Assembly (NCBI GenBank): GCA_036676455.1 | Contig: JAKFCW010000044.1 | Coordinates: 1,212-65,211 of the forward strand | DNA: 64,000 bases | Direction of reading: 5' to 3' | Source of the DNA: Candidatus Sericytochromatia bacterium | Lineage (GTDB): Bacteria > Cyanobacteriota > Sericytochromatia > S15B-MN24 > UBA4093 | Shown here: positions 36,075-45,599 of the stretch, one piece after another | Numbering within the stretch: the stretch's first letter is position 1 | Layout of the letters: each line of letters begins with the position of its first letter | Notes under the pieces: model-generated | Seen by the model: the letters and a program-made list of their open reading frames with translations, nothing else | Databases searched by the model: none | What the model was told of the DNA's origin: nothing | Program-made: the position numbers and the translations under genes

Positions 36075-37805
36075 ATGCCGCTGGATAACTTCGCAGATCC
36101 CCATCTTCTTCATGCGCTCATGCGCATGCACTGGGAAGACCTCGTCGAGGCCATTCCGGACGCCATGCTGATCGTGGACGCTCGCGGCCGGATCGTCTTT
36201 TGCAACGCCCACTGCGAGAAGCTCTTCGGTTACGCAAGCGACGAGCTCAACGGGAAGGCCGTGGAGGTGCTGGTTCCCGCCGAGCTGCGCGAGGGCCATC
36301 AGATCCACCGGGCCCGCTATGCGGCGGCCCCCTTCAACCGCCCGATGGGTAAGTCCCTCGACCTGGCCGGAGTCCGCAAGGATGGTACCGAGGTTCCGAT
36401 CGAGATCAGTTTGAGCCCGCTGGAAACCAAGCACGGGACGCTCGTGGTGGCGGTCGTTCGCGACATGACCCAGCGGCGCTACGTCGCGGATCTCATGTCG
36501 GCCATGGCCACCACGGATCCCGTGACGGGACTCGCCAACAAGGCGCTCTTTCATGACCGCCTCGAGCAGGCGATTAGCGATGCCCAGGCCTACTCGCGCA
36601 TGGTGGCAGTGGCCCTCTTCGACCTCGATCTCTTCAAGCGGGTGAACGAGACCTTCGGCCATGGGTCGGGCGACCTCGTCCTCGTGAAGGTCGCCCAGCG
36701 GCTGAAGTCCTGCATGCCCGACCATGCCACGCTGGCGCGGATCGGCGGCGACGAGTACGCCGTGGTCTTGCGGGATCTCAAGGACGTCCATGAGGCGGCA
36801 AAGACGACCCAGCGCATCCTGGCGGCCCTGGCGGAGCCCTACGAGGTGGATGGCCAGGAGTTCTTCCTTACGGCCAGCGCGGGCATCAGCGTCTTTCCCC
36901 ACGACGGAGAGGACGGCCTGGCCCTCTTGCAGCATGCCGAGTCGGCCATGTACCGGGCCAAGCAGGAGCGCAACACGTACCAGCACTACGCCCGCGACAC
37001 CATGTCCCAGGTGGCTGCCCGCCTCATGCTCGAGAACGACCTGCGCAAGGCCATCGACCTTGGCGAGCTGCTCATCCACTACCAGCCCCAGGTTCGCCCT
37101 CAAGACGGGCGCATCATCGGCGCCGAGGCCCTCATTCGTTGGAGCCATCCGCAGCGCGGCCTGATCAGCCCCGCCGAGTTCATCCCGCTGGCCGAGGAGA
37201 CGGGGCTGATCGTTCCCATCACGGACTGGGTGCTCGCGACGACCTGTGAGCAGGCCCGCAGGTGGCGCGAGGAAGGCCTGCCATCCATCCGGATGGCCGT
37301 CAACCTCTCGGCACGGCATTTCAAGGACCTGCGGCTCGTGGACGCGGTGCGCGAACTCCTGGCGGCCGGCCGCATCGAGCCCCAGAACCTGGATCTGGAG
37401 CTCACGGAGTCGCTGTTGATGGAGAACCTCGATGTGGCCGTCTCGCTGCTCGAAGAGCTCGCGGGCATGGGCGTGCGCCTGTCCATCGACGACTTCGGCA
37501 CGGGATACTCCTCGATGAGTTACCTCAAGCGGCTGCCGTTGCATGCGCTGAAGGTCGATCGCACTTTCATCCGGGACCTGTCCACCGATCGCCGCTCGAC
37601 GGCCATCGTGCGGGCCATCATCGACCTGGCGCACCACCTGGATCTGCACGTGGTCGCCGAGGGAGTCGAGGATGCCCATCAGCTGGATCAGCTGCGGGAA
37701 CTGGGCTGCGACGAGGTCCAGGGCTTCCATTACAGCCGCCCGCTTCCCGCGCCGGAGTTCGCGGAGCTGCTGGCCAAGGATCCGTTCCGCCTGAGCGACG
37801 TCTAG
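36075..37805 (+). CDS. PAS-GGDEF-EAL protein (GGDEY variant; EAL motifs intact)
   Basis: 576 aa. Motifs [39 protein letters not shown]. Confidence 0.9.
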   Translation: MPLDNFADPHLLHALMRMHWEDLVEAIPDAMLIVDARGRIVFCNAHCEKLFGYASDELNGKAVEVLVPAELREGHQIHRARYAAAPFNRPMGKSLDLAGVRKDGTEVPIEISLSPLETKHGTLVVAVVRDMTQRRYVADLMSAMATTDPVTGLANKALFHDRLEQAISDAQAYSRMVAVALFDLDLFKRVNETFGHGSGDLVLVKVAQRLKSCMPDHATLARIGGDEYAVVLRDLKDVHEAAKTTQRILAALAEPYEVDGQEFFLTASAGISVFPHDGEDGLALLQHAESAMYRAKQERNTYQHYARDTMSQVAARLMLENDLRKAIDLGELLIHYQPQVRPQDGRIIGAEALIRWSHPQRGLISPAEFIPLAEETGLIVPITDWVLATTCEQARRWREEGLPSIRMAVNLSARHFKDLRLVDAVRELLAAGRIEPQNLDLELTESLLMENLDVAVSLLEELAGMGVRLSIDDFGTGYSSMSYLKRLPLHALKVDRTFIRDLSTDRRSTAIVRAIIDLAHHLDLHVVAEGVEDAHQLDQLRELGCDEVQGFHYSRPLPAPEFAELLAKDPFRLSDV

Positions 37806-37820
37806 CCGGCGTCCGAAACG

Positions 37821-37856
37821 CGAGAAGGGAGGGGCCGACCGGCCCCTCCCTTCTCG
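37821..37856. terminator. Bidirectional terminator hairpin (17-bp arms)
   Basis: CGAGAAGGGAGGGGCCG-AC-CGGCCCCTCCCTTCTCG between convergent genes. Confidence 0.75.
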
Positions 37857-37873
37857 GTGCTTGGTTCCGGGAA

Positions 37874-39799
<1,926 letters not shown>

Positions 39800-39887
39800 C
39801 CCGTTTCTCCCTCTCGATACTGAGTAAACCGCTGACTAGTGTACCGCGTTCCGCTCCCCGGTGGGCGCGGAGGCGGCCGGAACCTGG

Positions 39888-39922
39888 AAAAAAACGACCG
39901 GCGGTCTTTTAAACCGCCGGTC
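39888..39922 (-). terminator. Rho-independent terminator of the tRNA-Ala pair
   Basis: On the minus strand, GACCGGCGG-9 nt-CCGCCGGTC is followed by TTTTTTT. Confidence 0.8.
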
Positions 39923-39925
39923 CAG

Positions 39926-39998
39926 TGGAGACAAGGGGAATCGAACCCCTGACCTCTTCAATGCCATTGAAGCGCTCTACCAACTGAGCTATGTCCCC
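39926..39998 (-). tRNA. tRNA-Ala (anticodon GGC)
   Basis: Hand-folded 73-nt cloverleaf: GGGGACA acceptor with G3:U70, anticodon loop AUGGCAU, T-loop TTCGATT. No encoded CCA. Confidence 0.9.
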
Positions 39999-40017
39999 AG
40001 GTTATGAACTTTTAAAG

Positions 40018-40090
40018 TGGAGCTGAGGAGAATCGAACTCCTGACCTCTTCAATGCCATTGAAGCGCTCTACCAACTGAGCTACAGCCCC
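40018..40090 (-). tRNA. tRNA-Ala (anticodon GGC), second isodecoder
   Basis: 73 nt, GGGGCUG acceptor with G3:U70. The D-arm, anticodon arm and variable loop are identical to the first copy. Compensatory changes occur in the acceptor and T stems. Confidence 0.9.
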
Positions 40091-40108
40091 TTGCCCAACG
40101 CAATCCCA

Positions 40109-40137
40109 ATGTTATCCTAGCCTTTAACCCTTGTCAA
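40109..40137 (-). promoter_or_regulatory. Sigma70-like promoter for the tRNA-Ala pair (TTGACA-17 nt-TAACAT)
   Basis: Minus-strand TTGACA at 40132-40137 and TAACAT at 40109-40114, about 19 nt upstream of the tRNA 5' end. Confidence 0.6.
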
Positions 40138-40160
40138 CCACTCATTTCCAGGAAATTAGC

Positions 40161-40186
40161 AGCCGGCCCCCGTCGGGGGGCCGGCT
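40161..40186 (-). terminator. GC-rich hairpin downstream of the small ORF
   Basis: AGCCGGCCCCC-loop-GGGGGCCGGCT. The minus-strand trailer UGCUAAUUUCC is only weakly U-rich. Confidence 0.5.
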
Positions 40187-40229
40187 AGGGGGTGGTGCCG
40201 AGGGCTGACGGCGGGAATGAGGGGGCGTC

Positions 40230-40301
40230 AGCGCCCGCGGCTGTGGCGTAAGGCAGCGCCGCCGACCTGAAGCAACGAAACATGCTAGAACGGTTGAATC
40301 G
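40230..40301 (+). repeat. Copy B of the two-copy intergenic element (partner at 19170-19236)
   Basis: Carries the same three sequence blocks as copy A. The last block overlaps the 3' end of the small minus-strand ORF. Confidence 0.6.
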
Positions 40302-40461
40302 AGACATCGTGGTGCGGGATTCCTTCCGAATCGAGGTAGGCGATCATCTGATCGCGGGCGTCCTGCTCGTCGAAGGCCTTGATGAGCCGCTGGTAGACCC
40401 CCATCTCCGTCTGCGCGGTGACCAGGAACTGCCGCCCTACCATGTCGCTCGGGCGTATCAT
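40285..40461 (-). CDS. Hypothetical small protein (58 aa)
   Basis: ATG 40461 preceded by AAGGGGGTGA. GC-rich third codon positions. No recognised family. Confidence 0.5.
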   Translation of the reverse strand: MIRPSDMVGRQFLVTAQTEMGVYQRLIKAFDEQDARDQMIAYLDSEGIPHHDVSIQPF

Positions 40462-40546
40462 CGTTATCACCCCCTTTCCTGTGGTATACATGGGGTCTAT
40501 ACCCTTTTAACGGCTCTCTGACAGCCGAATCGCTCGGTCGAGCCGC

Positions 40547-42184
40547 ATGCGAGGTGCCATGCAGCCTATGCTCCCGGACTCCCCCCCCACGGTCGCCACC
40601 CTGAGCTCGATCAGGCTCATCGGCCTCCTGCACGGCCTTTTCGCCAAGCTGGGCCAGCGCGGGGATCTCGAAGGCGCCCTCTCCCAGATTCTCGGCGAGC
40701 TCGCGGAGTTCCTCGAGGCCGATGGCGGCTTCCTCCTCTCCGCGGTGGACCTCTCCAACCTGCGCCTGCTGGCCGAGTCCGGTCCCTCCTTCCATGAAGA
40801 GGCGATGGACAAGGACCAGCTCCACGAGTTCTACAACGAGATCTTCCGTGAGCAGCGCCCGACCATCATCCGCTCCACCTTGCCCGAGGCCCTGAGCCTG
40901 GTAGGCGTGCCCCTGGTCAGCGATGGGCGATTGATCGGCGGCATGTGCTTCTACCGCAACGAGAAGAAAGGCCCCTTCAGCTACGAGGACACGCCCCTGC
41001 TGGGCATCGTCGCCCTGCCGATGGCCATCCACCTCGAGAACCTCGAGTACGCCCGCTCCAACGCGGCGCGGCGCGCCGAGCTGGAGGCCATCGTCTCCAG
41101 CATGCTGGACGGCCTGCTCAAGGTCGACTCCTGGGGGCTGATCGTCAGCTTCAACGACGCCGTGCGCAACCTCTGCGGCCTGCCCGACGCCGAGTTCTAC
41201 ACGCTCTACTGGGACGACATCCTCAAGACGAGCGATCGCCACGCCGACCTCTTCAACGACTTCAACCGCGCACTGCGCGAGGGCCAGCCCTTCACGGCCC
41301 GCTGCCCCGCCACTATCCAGCAGGGCGATCGCGAGATCCCGGTCTCGGTCAACTTCACCACCATCGTGGAGGCCTCCGGCCGCATCACCGGCGGCGTCCT
41401 CTCGGTGCGCGACGTGACCATCGAGACCCAGATCGACCGCATGAAGGACGAGTTCATCGCCACCGTCAGCCACGAGCTGCGCACCCCCATCACCACCATC
41501 TCGGGCTTCCTCGAGATGATGATCACCCGCCCCATGGATCGCATGGAGCAGCTTCCCCTGCTCGAGTTGATCCACTCCGAGACCGGCCGCCTGGGCCGCC
41601 TCATCAACGACATGCTCGACCTCAGCAAGATCCAGTCCAACCGCCTCAGCCTCGACCTCAAGCGCTTCCGCATGGACGGCCTCATCAAGGGCTGCCTCAA
41701 GCCCTTCGAGATGCGCCACAAGTCCACCCATCGCTTCGAGCTCAAGGTCGAGCCCGTCCGCGCCATGGTGCACGCCGACCCCGACCGCCTCTCGCAGGTG
41801 CTGGTCAACTTCATCTCCAACGCGGTCAAGTACTCCCCGGAAGGCGGCACGATCTCGCTAACGGCCCAGCGCGTCGACGACCGCTGGCAAGTCGAGGTCC
41901 ACGATGAGGGCATCGGCATCCCCGACGACGCCCTGCCCCACGTCTTCGACCGCTTCTACCGGGTCAACGAGAACCAGACCGCCGGTTCCGGCCTGGGCCT
42001 CTACATCTGCAAGGAAATCATCCACCGACACGGGGGCCAGATCGGCGCCCGCAGCGAGGTCGGCCAGGGCTCGACGTTCTGGTTCTCCCTGCCCCTCCAG
42101 ACGAAGGACGCGCAAGCCGCCAAGCCCGCGAAGCAAGGCAGCAAGGCGCTGCGCAACCATGCCTTCAGCCGGACCGATTCCTAA
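40547..42184 (+). CDS. GAF-PAS sensor histidine kinase
   Basis: H-box VSHELRTPITTI plus N, G1 and G2 boxes (NAVKYSPEGG, DEGIGI, GSGLGLYICK). Three closely spaced ATGs (40547, 40559, 40568), so the exact start is uncertain. Confidence 0.88.
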   Translation: MRGAMQPMLPDSPPTVATLSSIRLIGLLHGLFAKLGQRGDLEGALSQILGELAEFLEADGGFLLSAVDLSNLRLLAESGPSFHEEAMDKDQLHEFYNEIFREQRPTIIRSTLPEALSLVGVPLVSDGRLIGGMCFYRNEKKGPFSYEDTPLLGIVALPMAIHLENLEYARSNAARRAELEAIVSSMLDGLLKVDSWGLIVSFNDAVRNLCGLPDAEFYTLYWDDILKTSDRHADLFNDFNRALREGQPFTARCPATIQQGDREIPVSVNFTTIVEASGRITGGVLSVRDVTIETQIDRMKDEFIATVSHELRTPITTISGFLEMMITRPMDRMEQLPLLELIHSETGRLGRLINDMLDLSKIQSNRLSLDLKRFRMDGLIKGCLKPFEMRHKSTHRFELKVEPVRAMVHADPDRLSQVLVNFISNAVKYSPEGGTISLTAQRVDDRWQVEVHDEGIGIPDDALPHVFDRFYRVNENQTAGSGLGLYICKEIIHRHGGQIGARSEVGQGSTFWFSLPLQTKDAQAAKPAKQGSKALRNHAFSRTDS

Positions 42185-43091
42185 GGCCGCCTGGGCGAGC
42201 CTCAAGGCCCTGGTCCTCGGCCTCGCGCTCGCCCTGGCGCCCGCGCCCGCCGTCTTGGCAGCCGAAGCGCCCCAGGGCCTGCTCGCGATCCGAGCTGACG
42301 ATCGCCCGCTCACCTGGGACGCCGCACTCGCCGAGCTTTCTCGCGCGGACGTCGTCTTCCTCGGCGAGCAGCACGACGACCCCGCCACCCATGGCCTCGA
42401 GCTCGCCATGCTACGCGACCTGCACGCTGCGGTCGGCCCCCGCTTGATCCTGTCGCTCGAGATGTTCGAGCGTGACGTCCAGCCGGCCCTGGATGCCTAC
42501 CTGCAAGGCCGCATCCCCGAGGAGGAGTTCCTCGCCAAGAGCCGCCCTTGGCCCAACTACGCCTCGGATTACCGCCCGCTGATCGAGTACGCCCGCAAGC
42601 ACGGCCTCCGCGTGCTTGCCTCCAACGTTCCGCGCCGCCTCGCCTCTCAGGTCGCCAAGCAGGGCCTCGACGCCCTGAGCGGCTTGGACCCCGACGAGCG
42701 GCAATGGGCGGCCGCCGAGGTCGACTGCCCCAAGGACCTCCTCTTCGAGCGCTTCATGGCCACCATGGGTGGCCATCCGGGCATGGACCAGGCGCTCATG
42801 GAGCGCATGTTCGCGGCCCAGTGCCTGAAGGACGCCACCATGGCTGAGGCGATCGCCCGGGCCTTCGGAGATCCGGCTTCCACCCCCGTCTTGCCCGCAC
42901 CCCTGGTGCTACACGTCAACGGGGCCTTCCACTCCGACGAGGGGCTGGGGGTTCCCGCGCAGCTCAGGAAGCGCGCTTCGGCCCTGAGCTTGCGCGTCAC
43001 CACGGTCATTCCGAGCGCCACGCCGGACGTCGCGGTCCGAAAGGGCCTGGCGGACGTCGTCTTCGTGGTCGAGCCCGCCGAAAAGGAGTAG
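42159..43091 (+). CDS. ChaN-family (haem-binding/Tiki-superfamily) secreted protein
   Basis: Start at MPSAGPIPKAAW (ATG 42159), overlapping the kinase 3' end by 26 nt. Signal peptide. ADVVFLGEQHDDPATH motif. Confidence 0.75.
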   Translation: MPSAGPIPKAAWASLKALVLGLALALAPAPAVLAAEAPQGLLAIRADDRPLTWDAALAELSRADVVFLGEQHDDPATHGLELAMLRDLHAAVGPRLILSLEMFERDVQPALDAYLQGRIPEEEFLAKSRPWPNYASDYRPLIEYARKHGLRVLASNVPRRLASQVAKQGLDALSGLDPDERQWAAAEVDCPKDLLFERFMATMGGHPGMDQALMERMFAAQCLKDATMAEAIARAFGDPASTPVLPAPLVLHVNGAFHSDEGLGVPAQLRKRASALSLRVTTVIPSATPDVAVRKGLADVVFVVEPAEKE

Positions 43092-43112
43092 GATGGGGGC
43101 TCGGAGGTCTCC

Positions 43113-44036
43113 ATGCTCGCGCTCGCACCCGTCTTCGCCTACATCTTCGGCTTCACCGTTCTCGGCATCCTGCTCAAGAAACTCCGCTTGCTGACGCCCG
43201 AGCGGGTCCGCGTGCTCAGCTGGATCGCCATTAACGTCACGCTGCCGGCCTTGCTGGTCGCGAGCCTCCACCGCTCCCCCGCCCTCGACCTCAGCCTCCT
43301 CTGGCTTCCCGCCGCCGGCTGGATCGTCCTCTTGCTGAGCTGCGTCCTGGGTTACGTGCTGCTGCTCAGGATCCTCAAGTTGCCCCCAAGAGAGGCGGTT
43401 TCGCTCTTTCTCCCGGCCGTCCTGGGTAACGTGACCTTCGTGGGCTACCCGGCCCTGAGCGCGCTTCTGGGGGACCCGGGCCTCGTACGCGGCATCCTCT
43501 TCGACCAACTCTCCAGTGGGATCTTCCTGGCGACCTTCGTGGTGGCCATGTGCGAGTGGGCCGGTGCGGGCCAGAGCGCACCCGTCAGCCGCCTGATCAA
43601 GGGCGTGTTGGCCTTTCCGCCGCTGTGGGGGCTCGTTCTCGGCTTTGCGCTCAAGGGGATCGCCCTGCCCGAGCTCCTCGTTTCCCTGCTGGCGGGCATC
43701 GGCTCGGCAACCACTCCCTTTTTCCTGATTGGCCTGGGGGCGACCCTGACCGTCACGGGCTGGCGCGAGACCTGGACGGGAGCCCTGGGCGTCAGCGCCT
43801 TCAAGCTCTTGCTCATGCCGCTGATCGCGGTCGTGATCTTCCGCCTGATGCCGATGCCGCGGATGGACTTCCAGGTGGCGATTTTGCAGACGGCCATGCC
43901 GAGCGCGCTTTCGAGCGTGAGCATGGCGATTGCCTACGGCCTCGAGTCCCGGCTGGTGGTCAACGGCGTGGCGCTTTCCCTGGTGTTAAGCGTCGTGACC
44001 CTGCCCTTCTGGGCCTGGCTTCTTGGGTTGGGATGA
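43113..44036 (+). CDS. AEC-family (auxin efflux carrier) transporter
   Basis: 307 aa, about 10 TM segments, GGAGG RBS. Confidence 0.8.
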   Translation: MLALAPVFAYIFGFTVLGILLKKLRLLTPERVRVLSWIAINVTLPALLVASLHRSPALDLSLLWLPAAGWIVLLLSCVLGYVLLLRILKLPPREAVSLFLPAVLGNVTFVGYPALSALLGDPGLVRGILFDQLSSGIFLATFVVAMCEWAGAGQSAPVSRLIKGVLAFPPLWGLVLGFALKGIALPELLVSLLAGIGSATTPFFLIGLGATLTVTGWRETWTGALGVSAFKLLLMPLIAVVIFRLMPMPRMDFQVAILQTAMPSALSSVSMAIAYGLESRLVVNGVALSLVLSVVTLPFWAWLLGLG

Positions 44037-44675
44037 GCCCAGGACCCGCCGGCTGAGCTGTTCGTGGGCGATCCGTCGCAGCGCGGTAAAGACCGGCTCC
44101 CAGAGGACCGTGCCCATGATCACCGCATCGACGGCTTGCGCGGGGCCCGCCTCCAGCGCCCCCATGACGTGGGCCACTTCGTTCTGGGCCATCTCACCGG
44201 CGGCCCGCACGTACGGGAAGAAGGCCGTGACCGGGAGGTCGGGCTCGTGGGAACGCAGGTCGAGCAGGGCATCCACCAGGCGCTTGCGAGCGGTCGAATC
44301 CGGCCGGGTGGGCCAGCCCACCTGATCGAGGAAAGCATCGACCTCGCGGGCCGCTGCTTGCCACTCGGGGCCCATCTCGCACGCCATGCGCTCTACCGGC
44401 CGGATCCCCTGGGCATCGATCGCCGCGCGCAGCACCTCCATCGTCTCGGGCTCCGGAGCATCGAGTTGCCGGGTCACCGATTGGATGGCCGTGAGACTGA
44501 GCCCGCCCACCTCCTGCAGGACCCGGATCAGCCGCAGGCGGCGCAAGTGGCTCTCGTCGTAGCTCGCCTGATTGCTGGCGAGCCGCTCGCCGGGTGGCAA
44601 GAGCCCCTCGCGCAGGTAGTACTTGAGGGTGGCGACCGGGATGCCGGAACGCTGGCTGAGCTCGGAAACCTTCAT
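43986..44675 (-). CDS. MerR-family transcriptional regulator
   Basis: N-terminal HTH MKVSELSQRSGIPVATLKYYLREGLL. Its 3' end overlaps the convergent AEC gene by 51 nt. Confidence 0.85.
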   Translation of the reverse strand: MKVSELSQRSGIPVATLKYYLREGLLPPGERLASNQASYDESHLRRLRLIRVLQEVGGLSLTAIQSVTRQLDAPEPETMEVLRAAIDAQGIRPVERMACEMGPEWQAAAREVDAFLDQVGWPTRPDSTARKRLVDALLDLRSHEPDLPVTAFFPYVRAAGEMAQNEVAHVMGALEAGPAQAVDAVIMGTVLWEPVFTALRRIAHEQLSRRVLGSSQPKKPGPEGQGHDA

Positions 44676-44743
44676 GCGCGTGACTCCTTCGAATGGATAG
44701 ATTTGCTAGCCATTGTAGCCGAAGGAGCGGACCAGGGGCGCGC

Positions 44744-45355
44744 TCAGAGCCAGCCCATGCGTTCGCAGGTCAGCGCGGCTTGTACCCGGTTGGCCACCTT
44801 GAGCTTGTCGTAGATCCGGGCGAGGTGGTTCTTGACGGTGTTCTCGCTGATGCTGAGTCGACTGGCGATCTCGCGGTTCTCGCAGCCTTCCGCGACCAGC
44901 GAGACGATCTGGCGTTCGCGGTTGCTCAGCGGGGCAGCCGGGATCGTCGCATGGCAAACTGGGGCCTGCTGCTTCTTGAGCAGGGCTTTCTCGATGGCGA
45001 GGTTGAGCTGGCCGAGGCTCTCCAGCGGCTTCAGTAGGAAGTCGAAGGCGCGTCCCTCGCGCAGGGCCTCGATGGTCGATTCCATGTCGGCGGCTCCCGA
45101 GAGGAAGATGACTTCGATCGCGGGGTCGCGCTCCTTGAGGAGGGTCAGGAGGTCGAGCCCGCTGAGCCCAGGCATCTTGAGGTCGGTGACCACGACGTCG
45201 AGGGCGTGCTGCTTGGCGATCGCCAGGGCCTCGTGGCCGCTGGCGGCCGCGTGGACATGGTAGCCCGAGGCCAGTAGCCAGCTCTCGAGCAACTCGCGGA
45301 AGTCGGGTTCGTCTTCGGTCACCAACACGGTCGGCATGGTCGGAGTCGGCAGCAT
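44744..45355 (-). CDS. Response regulator, NarL/FixJ (LuxR HTH) family
   Basis: Receiver domain (VLVTEDEPDF ... VVVTDLKMPGLSG) plus LuxR HTH (LSNRERQIVSLVAEGCENREIA). Confidence 0.9.
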   Translation of the reverse strand: MLPTPTMPTVLVTEDEPDFRELLESWLLASGYHVHAAASGHEALAIAKQHALDVVVTDLKMPGLSGLDLLTLLKERDPAIEVIFLSGAADMESTIEALREGRAFDFLLKPLESLGQLNLAIEKALLKKQQAPVCHATIPAAPLSNRERQIVSLVAEGCENREIASRLSISENTVKNHLARIYDKLKVANRVQAALTCERMGWL

Positions 45356-45534
45356 GAGTCCCCCTTGCGCCCGAAACGCGCGCCATGGTCCGCCAAGCCC
45401 GTCGGGGCGGCCGGGGACGGACCGTAGGGTCGCCGCAACCCGCTTATCAGCGAGGCATGAGCGGCGGCGCCCATGTCAGGATAGGCAATGAACCCGCTAG
45501 CGAGTAGCGGGGTTTCTACGGAAAGCGCCTGGGT

Positions 45535-45588
45535 CCCTGCATGGCGACGGGGCCGTCTCATGCGAGACGGCCCCGTCGCCATGCAGGG
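45535..45588. terminator. 25-bp perfect-stem hairpin downstream of valS
   Basis: CCCTGCATGGCGACGGGGCCGTCTC-ATGC-GAGACGGCCCCGTCGCCATGCAGGG. No clear U-tract. Confidence 0.65.
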
Positions 45589-45599
45589 ATCTGTTCTTG

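Noticed and set aside
36046-36077. Merging 34774-36048 and 36075-37805 into one frameshifted gene
   Set aside because: The two are in different frames and are separated by a stop plus 26 nt. The second has its own ATG and a complete N-terminal PAS domain. The sequence alone cannot decide the question, so I kept them as two genes and flagged the pair as a finding.
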